This document shows, one piece after another, positions 25,898-37,700 of a DNA stretch of 64,000 nucleotides. How positions within the stretch are numbered: the first letter of the stretch is position 1; each line of letters starts with the position of its first letter. The notes beneath the pieces are model-generated. The model had not been told where the DNA came from, made no database searches, and worked only from the letters and a program-made list of their open reading frames with translations. Both the position numbers and the translations under genes were made by a program. The stretch lies in the NCBI GenBank assembly GCA_040954595.2, contig CM082595.2, positions 124,001-188,000 of the forward strand, given 5' to 3'. Source of the stretch: Balanoglossus misakiensis. Taxonomy: Eukaryota; Animalia; Hemichordata.

Positions 25898-28336
25898 TTA
25901 CTTACTGCTACGCAGACTTTTAAAGGTGTCCACCCAATTTGACGATTTCTTGTAGAAGACAGGCGGGTATCCAAGTTGGGCGTTGACCGCAACCCATTGA
26001 CCACCAGTAACATCTGTGTCGTTCCACAGGTAAACCCAGTCGTCATCGGGGAGATACAGCGTCCGGCTGGTCTGGTCTGCGTCCAAGACGGGCGCCACCA
26101 AGAGGTCGCGTCCGTACAGGTACTGGTAACCGATGTTGTATGTTTCGGCGTCATCATCGTAGTGGAGAAAGAGGGGACGTTGAGCTGGGATGCTTTGGTT
26201 GACGTGTTGTGCCACGACTTCCTTCGAGTAGTCAACAAGCGCATGGTGCAGCTGGGTCAAGCGGGCGAATTTTCGCAAAGTTCCATCGCTGTCGTAGTAC
26301 TGCCAATTTTCATCTGGCCTGTTCCCTTCGTGTGTGCGCATCATCGGGGTGAAGACGGCCATCTCGCCGGAGCGGAGGAGAAGTTCTTCCGTGCGAGCGA
26401 AGCCGAAGAGCGCCGTATACCCGCCGATATCGAAGTGGGTAAGCCCCGCCCCGAGCACGGCCATGGACAATGCTGCAGGGATGACGGATGGGAGACCATC
26501 TCCCCAACTGAAATCAACAAACTGATCACCCGCCCACATCATGGTGCTGTACTTCTGCGTTCCTGTGTAACCAGCTCGCATCCAGTAGAGGATTTCGCCC
26601 AACTTGCCACTTTCTTCCACGGCTTCTCGATTCATCCTCGCCCAGATGTACGGCCACTTGTTGTGGAGTTCCTCCGCTGTCTCTCCGCTGTGGAACATGA
26701 CATTCTTCGTGGGTAGGTACTCCCCGAAGTCTGCCATCCACCCGGACAAACCCAGATCGATCATATTCTTCTTGATGACTTCGTCTTTATACCAATTATA
26801 AGCAGCGGGGTTCGTAAAGTCGATCGTTCCGCAGAAGAACTCGCCGAAATCCGCCACGTAAGAGTCGTTTTCGGGAGTTTTAACAAAATAGCCATTCTCG
26901 TCGGCTATTTTGAAGAGATCGCCCTCCCTGTTCAAGTACGGATTGATGTACGCCAAAACTCCAATTCCGCGCGCTTTCAACTTCTCTATCTCTGTGTCCA
27001 GGTTGGGATACTGCTCTTGGTTCCACTTCCAGTTCCAGAACAGCCTCCGACCGAAGGAAGTCGTGATTCTTCCCACCCAATCTTGAATCCAGACGGCGCT
27101 CACTTCGATGCCGTATTTGTCTGCCTGGTCGATGTACTCTAGCATTGCGTCCGTGCCTCCCTGGATCCCGAGCACGGCTCCGTTGTAGAGCCAATCGGGC
27201 ATGGCCGGCATGGTGCCCAGCAGGTTACTCACCTTCTGTACCACCCCCAGCATCGTCGGTGCGGTGCCGAAGTAAATCTTCCCGGGAGTGTTGGTCCACA
27301 CTTCCAGCTCATGAAAGTACTCGTTACGAAAGTCCAGCACCGAGTACACCGATGTGTTGAAGTGACAGAAGAACTTGCGGGAGGACACAAACGTCGGTTC
27401 TGGGTAATATGTCGAATGGTAGTCGCCGCCGCCACCGTCGTTCTGGTCAGCGTAGAAGGTGGTTAGCGTGCTCTTATTCCGACCGACGCCCTGTTCTCGC
27501 GTCCACAGCGGGAAATCATGCCCACGTAGATCGAAGTACGAAAACTGCTCGCCGCCGCCATATACATGTTCGTCAACTTCGGCCAAAACGCGGATCCAGT
27601 ACCGGTTGATGACGTCAGAGGTTTGTGTGAACTCTGCGACGTTATTGCCGTCAGCATCGGTACCAAATTTCACAGTGGTCTAGAAAGATGAGTAGATACA
27701 TGATTAAGGGGATTTAAGTTGTTAAGGCCAGGGCTTTAAAAGTTTGAGAAACGACAATAACAATCGCAGTCAAACGAAATTAAAAGTCGTTAAAATGTAC
27801 ACGCCCGGAGCAAACCAGCTATGGGGTTCTTCATCACTTGTTGATTATCACCTACTTGACCACAGGTGATGCAATTTGTCTGGGATTGTAGTGTCGGTCG
27901 CAAACCCTTCTTGTTTTTCTTGAGTGAATGAAACCCCGGGGTCAGCCCAGTCACGTGACACTTTGACGTGCTCTTGGATAATTTAAGACGCCAAAGTTCA
28001 GCCCCAATAAAAATGTCGCTGCCCTCTCACCTGATATTCGGCATTTCGGGAAAAATTCACGAAATAGTCCGAGGATTGTTGGGTGACGTTGAACTCAGTG
28101 AGGCCAATGCGCTCATCCATGTACTCAGAGATCACAAAATTTCCCAGAAACTCTTCGATATCGGCTACTCCGTTGCCGGCGTAGAGAAAAGGCGATTCGG
28201 TGGTGTGACTTATCAACGTGACGTCACCCAGGGATACGGTCAGCGTCGTCTCTGTATAATCAACAACGAAGTTGCCACTGGCAACGGAGCAGTAGCAGAC
28301 CACAAGCAAGAGGGTGTGGTACAACCTCATAGCCAT
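25898..28336 (-). CDS. yihQ: Glycoside hydrolase family 31 sulfoquinovosidase (YihQ-like) with N-terminal signal peptide
   Basis: Exon 28336-28031 (102 codons, beginning with the signal peptide MAMRLYHTLLLVVCYCSVASG) splices in phase 0 to 27679-25898, giving about 695 aa. Motifs follow E. coli YihQ as recalled: GEQFSYFDLRG, EQGVGRNK, GIQGG, WIQDWVGRITTSFGRRLFWNW, WMADFGEYLP (nucleophile), MMWAGDQ (acid/base), DIGGYT and MMRTHEGNRP. Confidence 0.92.
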
Positions 28337-31300
28337 TTCGACAACCCTTTATACTGTAAAGTCCTGAAAACGAAAAAGAAAAAGAAATATTTACAGGACA
28401 AGGCCTCTTAAAAAGACTTGGAAAGTTTGAAGGACAATACTTTTCCTCTGATGGATTGTGTCCCCGAAACCCTGTAATTTCATGTTTCATGATTTGCACA
28501 TAATTCAAAAAGTTGTCAAAGGTTATAAAAATAATTTGTCAAAGGTTAAGAAAAAATATATCAAAGTTTATGGTTATTGACACTGCATCAAAGAGTTTGT
28601 CCACAGCCACTCAAAAAATGATCTCTGAATACACAAAAGTTAGATTAGAAAGATAAGTACGCTTATTAGTGAAGTGTACATGGGACAGAACATGCATACG
28701 TGCACCGTATGTCAATATCTGAGAATTTATATATTTGTGGAATGTATGATTTGGTCCATTCCTCAAACTTGAAAGGAAAGTGGACTGTCTTCGACTAGCG
28801 CTGTCAGTGAAACGAGATGACATCGTCCAGGTAAGAACAGGTCGCTCAGTCTTCGTGCGTAGCAGTTAAAAGTTTTGAGTGTCGGTCATTACACCTTTGT
28901 CGTGAGTTTATCTCTGTGGTATTTTTTGCCGGGGTGGAGACGTCCAAGAACGATCCCCCATTGTATCGCCGAGAATCGACAAATCATTGAACTCATCTGA
29001 TATGGCGACGCGGGCAAGATGGGTCCAGACGGGTCTGTGCTATGTTGTTAGGAGATGTATCTAAGTTAGCATGCGCTCTCTTCTTGCCCTTGCCAGTTCA
29101 AGTTGGAGCATTTTCCGCGTATAGGTGCGATGAAAAAGCAAGCGTTTTCAAGTGGTTAAACCACAGACCCCGTCGTATAATTGTAGTTTTGCACACTAGT
29201 TCAACTCACGTTTACATGCTCTCACAACGGTATTTGGAGCCACTGCCCCGCAGCCCAACTGTGTCGAAACTCCACTGAGTTTAACCCCAAGATACAATCA
29301 GCAACTAAAGTTGCCATTGTTCTCACTACTACCATTTTATCTCTGTTTAACTTTCATAAAAAATTGCACTCCATCACTGTCGTTCAGTTTTGATAAATTC
29401 ATTCACACAATGTCACTGATAAGATGCAAGTTACCAAGAATAAACTCACACTTCAAACAATTCAACGACAGAAAGCAGTGTGTAGGCGAAAATGGGATAG
29501 AAGGGACATTTTTCTAACGAAGTAAAAAACTAAATCAATTTGGTTTTACTGGGTTGCAGTTTCAACGGAAAACAGAGCGCTTTAAAGTACATACATACTC
29601 TGTACAAATGGCTGAAAACTGTGACCTTTCACCCTAACATGCTGACAAGCAATTGTACTTTAAAATAAATCTTCAGGGAAAACGTGCCGACACTTTTACA
29701 CGATATTCATTTCTATCAGCACACCGAATCCCTCATTCAGGTTTCTTACTTTTCGTTTTAGTTAAGAAGTCGGTAAAATCTTCCTCATTATTCTTATCTG
29801 AAAACACTTCGAAAATACCTCTATCCATAATTGATTATTATGTTCCTTCTAAAACCAAACTATTTTCCCCACTGCTTTTCTGACTCAAAAAGTGGTAAAA
29901 ACTGATGCCCGGCAACTGTTTATAGTGCCCAATATTTAAAATTTATCAGCTTCTTAATATAAATCAGATTTTTACTGCCTTCTGTGCCTGGAATTGGCCA
30001 CTAATACCTGTAACAATGAGACCCAGACAGCATATCCGGAGCAATTGAAGTTATATAACCTGGCAACATTCCTCAACAGAAACAGTGATGTCAATCTTTG
30101 CTACAATAGACAGTTTCCTTTTCGTCCTCGTCCCTTTTGCGTACCTGTGAATGTCGGACAGGACTATCGTGGGTGCTATATGGTCGCTAATTCGGTCAGC
30201 CGGTTATGAGTCGAACGACATTCGAAGGAGACCAAAGTAACATTGTGATCGAAGTTCGTTTGGTCGAACAAGATTAAAAGCAAAACCCAAATCAGCAACC
30301 CACCTGCACTAGAGAGCTTCAGCCTATCGCATAATATGTCAACAGTGCATGCGAAAAGAAATTCTGCCGCTCGCTAAAAATTGCTAGTTTCCTCTTGAAG
30401 TTCTCGGTTGTCTCTCTGAATAAAAACCAGTGACACCAACCCAGTACTGCGTGAAGTGTCTCTGCCCAGGGGAGCGGTTCTACCTCGCACCGTGGAGTTT
30501 GGTGTTAATAGTTAACTTTTCAGCATGATTTTATCTTGGTCCAGTGACTCGCTGATAAAAATAGACGCTATAATTTTTGTCTGCAAAGGGCCAGTAAAAA
30601 AACAGTACAACGCTCATTGGTGCGCATGCGTTGTGTATGGATTGGATTACTGGTAATTGAATTGATGTGAACTGAAATGATGTGTAGTTCCTCGTGTACA
30701 CCACAGTCCTTCAAGAAAGACGGTCGGGAATCGCCTAGCTGTAGGATGCGCATTATGGTCACGTGACCATCTTAAAGTTGCGCTTTTTCCTTGGAAGCAA
30801 GCGACAGTCGCTGTACTATCTACGATGATTTTCCCGATATGTTAGTTATGATTCAAGTAGATTCCAATTCAGTACATTAAATTCATTCGACATGTTTTTA
30901 AAGACAAGGGAAGTGCACATTTTGCGTATCAAATCGCTTCTTGTAGCACTCACGAGCATTGTAATTTTCAACTGTGGATTGTGGGCATACACATTCTGCG
31001 GGCGTTTCTGGGACAGCTTTATTTTTGACCCTTTTTTCGATGTTTTTTTCTCGATAACTGTTACCAAAAGCTATGTATGTTAACTCCAATATAACTCCAA
31101 ACAAACACATTTTGCGGGCGTTTCTGGGACCGTAGTGAAACATTTAAATATAACGCAAAGTCAAAGTATCAACGATTCTCTTCGGCAACTGGCGTTCGAT
31201 GGTGTTTCAGCCGAAAATCACGTTGCTATGAGACATTGACTCTTGTCACTCAGTGTCGAGAGAATCAATAAAATATACTTCAAATTTACGAAATATAAGG

Positions 31301-31765
31301 TGCATAAGAAAATATACAAACATCTGAAAGTATCAAACCAACGGGAAATTAAAAAAAAAATTAAAAAGGCACAATATTATGGTTTCACACAAAAATTTGT
31401 TGTTTACGTAGTGGATTGGCATGGCTACGGTTGACATAGAAACCAGGTATTTGATTACTGCGTACATTATACCTTGGAAGATGACATGTAAGCGTGTATT
31501 ATTCTCCAAGAAATAATAACTATTTAAGTATTTAATATCAATCCATAATCCCAAACCAAATGGTCCCTTCTAAGCTATGTTTTAAAGTATGGTATACATC
31601 CCGTGACCTGAACTTTACCCGGCGAGGTTGGTCGACCGACAGACTGATTGGCCGAGTTGAGCTACTTGGTGACATCATAGAGCAAACAACAATACAGTAT
31701 GTCATCGTGCACTTTGATGAGTAAGCGTTCTACTTCAGAAGGACAACTGTTCCTGGCGAGGCAGT

Positions 31766-34700
31766 ATGGCAGCCAAGAACGCTGAAAAGGAACCGCTTTT
31801 GCGGGATCCAGTGAATGGCACACGGGTAGCGTATACAGGCGCCGCGGAAAACGATGAAACAACCGTGGAGCCATTGGAAAGCTCGGGTGGGAGGTAGGAT
31901 TTTCGGTAGCGGGTTCCCTATTCCTAAATCATGGTTTATTTAATATGTTTAATCGATGATCCACCAAATAGTCGACGGTATGATATTCACAGACGGTCAC
32001 TCAGCATGCTAAGAGAGCTTAAACAAACTAAAATCGTACAAACTCCGAGAACACTTAACGCGAACTTCTACGTTCTTATATTATAATTACATGTACATTT
32101 CATCGCTGTCAACGCAACTCGCCTGCATGTCACGCGCACACATAGACGCCCCTAGTCGATTTGCGCTGTTGTGAAACGTACATACGACTGATCTTAAATC
32201 ACCAACGTTTGGTTTTAATACAGGATAATCATGGCTATTGAGCACCATGATAACCTTGAACCTGTAACACTACAGTGAAACGTACAACATGCGCATAATC
32301 AGTTTCCTCACAGCTGCTTGTATAGACCCCTATTCCGACAGTGGTACCAGATCCAAATTGGCAAAGGTGCATTTCTAGACGCATGGACCCAATTCTAACC
32401 ATGTATATCTCAGGCACCGATTCATTCACTAGATGCAAGTGTTAAAGCTTTAACCTCTGGACAATCGTGAATGTAGCAGCCAATCACAGATTTTCAGTGG
32501 CTGCAGTGGCACAATTGAACAAAAGTGCGCCACCACATGGTCAAGACGAGATGTAAGCAATATGTCAAAATAAAACCAACATATAAAGGCATTTAACTTT
32601 TCCATGGTTTAAATGTGAAAAGTACAGGCAATATGTTTAAATATATGCCACACTCTTGAAGTGTCAATGTCCTTTTTAGAATAGTTAAAGTTTGTGGACT
32701 ATGATGATAAAAATAATCTTAGGAATCAAAGGTCATTTTGGCACTGAGGATCTAGGTCAATATGATCATGATGACATCATCAATGCAAACAAAGTAGCCA
32801 CAGCTTTGCCATATTTGGAAGGAAACCGAACTCCAGCTAGTGAATTACATCATTTGCATAATAAAGGATTCACCTGTACGTCATGTACATGTCACAAAAT
32901 GACATCACTGAATGAAGTATATGTCCTATCAGTGGAGCTCCTGACATTTTTTCTTATCAAGTTTGTCACTTTACACTGCTCGAGATTAGATTGATAATAT
33001 TATGGCTAAGCAATCGGCTCTTTAACCCCAGTTCCCTCAGTAGAGGTCCAACCTTATACCACAGAAAACAATGGGCTTTGACTGAACCATGGTCATACCA
33101 AGACATAAATAAAACCAATTCTCTTTTCTTGCTATAAACAGAAGTGATTGCGTTGGAAGATGTTTATTTAATACATATTATTCCACTTTTAATCAGAAAA
33201 TTAGGTGATTATATATCTATCTGTGATTCTGTCATTACAGTGATGATACTGAGGTCAAGATTAAGGCCAAACCAGCAACTCTCAAACAGTTGGTAAGAAA
33301 ATATTTAAGAAATAAAATGAAAGTAAAATCAGGTTATATATTTCATATTTATAGTACATTTTATAATATTATAGCATATTTTTCAGTTCTAATGTCCAAC
33401 TCAGTCTGTAATGTTAATAGATTTTCTTTTCACATTGCTTTGTTCCCAGTTTCGCTATTCAACCTGGCTAGATGTATTTCTAATGGAGATTGGCGGCTTA
33501 TTTGCAATGGTGCATGGTGCTGGCTGGCCTGTGTTGATGGTTGTCTTCGGGCAAATGACCAACCTTTTCATCGAAGGCCCCACCTCTAATACAACTTTAC
33601 CATCCATCCTGCCAACCTTACCAAACACACTGTCACCTGTCAATTTCACCAACGGCAGTTCTGCTGTTATCGTCTTCCCTTATGCATATCCGAGCACCAA
33701 AGCGTGGGAAGATGAAATGTCGCGTTATGCAGTTATCTATTGTATCGTTGGTGGAGCTGTTTTTATAGCGTCCTATTTTCAGGTGAGTTAAAGGAACACA
33801 GTCACCTGTGCAAATTAAGATCTAGCCAATGACAGATTTAAAGTGGGATTCACGTGACCATATTTCTAGCTGTTTGAGTCTCATGAAAGTTTATAACACA
33901 TACCTTATTTGTGAGTAGCAATTCCTGTTGTGATGATGAGGATCTAATTGCAAGACTCAAAGGGATGCTATCATAGACAGATGGTTAGGATCAAAATAAC
34001 TCATAAACTCATTATGAAAAATAATTGACTGTCTGTTTGTTTGTTTGTTTGTTTATACATGCATGAACTGTGCCCCAGTTGTGAAGTTAATGGCAAAAGT
34101 GTTCTATAGAAGGATGATAAAATATTGGAACTATCTCTGAATTTTTTTACTAGATGAATATATTCCTAATTTCATTTCCACTACACAGTGTATGTTATTT
34201 ATAGGCATAGACACTCCTGTATTAGCGTGGACATCCTAAAGCATATTTTCAGTGTTAGTTCATCATATGCACTGTTGGTTTTACAAACGGTATTATTGTC
34301 ATTCGGCCATTCATCTGTGTAGAATGCACTGTTAGATACAGGAATAACTGGAAAAGGCATTATTTTAATCTGCAATGATGTACATTGTAACAATTACACT
34401 TTACACATATCACTGCTGTGGGCCTCATACCGACAACAACCACATAAAGACATGAGCACAAGAGATTATTACTGCATTATCCGAAAATCAAGTGAACTGA
34501 TGGTTTTATTATTATTAAACTTCTTGCAGGTCTCCTTTTGGACCATGAGTTGTGAGAGACAAACTCACAAGTTTCGCAAAGCATTCTTCAAGTCTATCCT
34601 CCGACAAGAGATTGGTTGGTTTGATAAACACCAGAGTGGAGAATTGACAACGAGACTTGCAGAGTATGTATCTGCAGTGCTTTTCTGGGGAGTTGATCTG

Positions 34701-37700
34701 TTCAGTGGGAAGGAATCTGAAGTTGACTGAAACCATGTGTGGCCCAAAATGATCTACGGTAAATTACACAGTAGCAGGACAATAAACAATGTATGATTGT
34801 ATTATTTTGTTTTTCTGATCAGTGACTTGGAACAAGTACGCACAGGTATTGGGGACAAGTTCAGCTTGATGCTGCAATTCTTGGCAGCATTTCTGGCGGG
34901 ATTTGCAATCGCATTCTGGAAGAGTTGGAAGTTGTCTTTGGTGATGATGTCTCTAACACCGCTATTAGCTATTGCAGCTGGTGTCATGGGAAAGGTGAGT
35001 TTATCAATTCTTCTAAAATCATTGAGATGGTAGTGCAAATATTCTGTACAATTTGATATCCTTGCTGACATTGTAATCATAATGTGTCCTTTATGTCTTT
35101 CAGGTTGTTGCCTCATTTGCATCCAGAGAACAAGAAGCCTACGCACAAGCTGGCAGTGTTGCTGAAGAAGTATTGTCCTGTGTCCGTACAGTGACCTGTT
35201 TTAATGGACAGACTCAAGAATGTGAAAGGTCTGTATGTCACAGTTTGTAACTATGGTGATACAACAACACTGACAACTTTACATTACTGGCATGTGCAGT
35301 CAGATGTAATGTGACTGGTTTAAGTTTTCTATTTCACTGAAGATATGCTTGCTTGTAACTGTATAGCTGTACAATAATTAAAGAAATTAAACTAACTTTT
35401 ATTTTAGATATGACATGGAGCTAACTAAAGCCAAAACACTTGGAATCAGAAAGTCTTTTACTACTGGTGTTAGCATGGGTATAACATTTGTCGTCATATT
35501 CAGTGCCTATGCATTGGCATTTTGGTGAGTGTAAACAATCAATATTAAAGTTTTAATATCATTTTCTCTTAAAATGTCAGTTTTGAAAACAAAGTTATTA
35601 TGGATGATTATGTCTGAAATAAAGATTAGTAATAATGTGTAGTTTAGTCGTACATGTAAGAGTTAACTACTAGCTACTACAGAATGTTGAATTAATTTTT
35701 AGTGATTTCAGTTTGTGATATAATTATTTTCTTTCTGAACCCAGGTATGGCCCCACTTTGGTGGCTAACAATGAATTGTCAGGTGGTGATGTTTTGACTG
35801 TCTTTTTCTGTGTGATGATTGGTTCGTTTTCCATCGGCAATATTGGACCCAATTTGCAGTTTGTAGCCTCTGCCAAAGGAGCAGCAGGTACCCTGATAGA
35901 GATTATTGATAATGTAAGTAAGAGTATAGGCTGACCTTGCTAATTCTTTATGTGTGGTAAAAAAAGCTGCAGTTTTCTCATTGTTGGAATTGTTTCATTT
36001 TCCCAGGAGCCAAGCATTGACTCTCACTCAGATGAAGGTGAAAGACTTACAGAAGTTAGAGGTCTCATAGAATTTGAGAATGTTGACTTCGCCTATCCAA
36101 CGCGGGAAGATGTCACAGTGAGTTTAGTTTTTACTTTACAAAGAAGTAGTATAATGTATTTGTTATGTTTTCAAAAATCTATGAAAAAAAACCATTTACA
36201 TGTTAAAAAATGAACAATATTTTCCCTGTTACTATTTCACGAGTCTACATTTTGCCTGTTTCAGGTTCTCAAGAATTTCAGCATCACAGCTCAACCTGGT
36301 CAGACTGTGGCTCTTGTTGGGGCAAGTGGGTGTGGCAAGTCAACTGCTGTAAACCTATTGCTAAGATTCTATGACACATTATCTGGAATGGTAAGGCCTT
36401 GTGTGTAAAAACATGCCTGTAATATACACCTTGCCTCCATAAGATGCTGTGTTGAAAGACCTTTAAAACATGTTCATCTTCAAAAGTTTTTTTAAATTTC
36501 AACAAAAATACATTCATCGTATCAATCGTTTTTCTGTGTTCAACACACAACACATCAGTTACATAAAATGACTTTGTAATTCTTCTCATAGATACGCATC
36601 GATGGCCATGACATACGATCACTGCATATCCGCAGTCTTCGTCAAATCATTGGAGTTGTCAGTCAAGAACCCGTCCTATTTGGTTACACCATCAAGGAGA
36701 ATATTTCGCTTGGCCATCATGAGACAACCGAAGAAGAAATTATACAGGCAGCCAAGAATGCCAATGCGCATGATTTTATTATGAGTCTGCCTCTGGTAGG
36801 TGTTCAACTTTAAGATATTATCTTTGGATCAATTCCCAGTCATAATGTTCATGATGTACTGATAATGATACAATGATTGATAAATTTTCCATTGAATGAC
36901 TTTCCAGATATTTTTAAAAGAAATTTCTTCATTAAATTCTTGCTCAATTGATCACTACTTTTGAATTTTAAAGAAATATGACACACTAGTCGGTGAGAGG
37001 GGTGCCCAGCTATCAGGAGGACAGAAGCAGAGAGTTGCAATTGCCAGAGCTTTGGTCAGAAACCCGAAGATTTTACTTCTGGATGAAGCAACATCAGCTT
37101 TGGATACTGAGAGTGAAAAAGTGGTACAAGCTGCCTTGGATAGGGTAAGTATATTACAATCAAGATTTCCTTGCAGAACTTTTGTATTATCATGTGAGCT
37201 ACAGTGCCATAGGCACTATATTGCCTAACAGAAAAAATTGTTAGATGTAAAATGTAAAGTATTGTTATATTTGTGTAAACATAACAGGCACTTCAGGGAC
37301 GTACAACAATTGTGATTGCCCATCGCCTCTCGACAATTCAGAACGCCGATCTGATTATTGCCATGGAGAATGGCGAGGTCAAAGAACAAGGAACACATGC
37401 TGAGTTGATGAAACATGATGGTGTTTATAAACAGCTTGTGGTGTTGCAGATGGTGGCAGCAGAAGATGGCAGTGCAAGCCACTTTGGTAGGTGCACATTT
37501 ATTTCAGTGACTATGTTGTAATCATGTTCATAGCTTGCCTAGTTATTTCAAAATAACAGCGATAGTAATTCATATCCATTCATGTTTCAAAAGAGGGTGA
37601 AGTACCGATTGTTCTCACTGAAGAAGAAAAGCTTCGTTTGAAACGACAAGCATCCTTGAAAAGACAGGATTCTCAGAAAAGACAAAAGTCTGTGTCTGAG

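Noticed and set aside
25861-27683. Many overlapping antisense and alternative-frame ORFs (e.g. 25976-26716 +)
   Set aside because: These are shadow ORFs expected in a GC-rich coding exon and show no recognisable motifs.
25898-28336. Bacterial contamination or misassembly as the source of the yihQ-like gene
   Set aside because: It has a canonical GT-AG intron, a eukaryotic signal peptide and animal-type flanks, and no operon neighbours.
32231-32278. ATG at 32231 as the ABCB1 start
   Set aside because: The frame closes after 15 codons, whereas the exon at 31766-31893 splices in phase to the conserved region.
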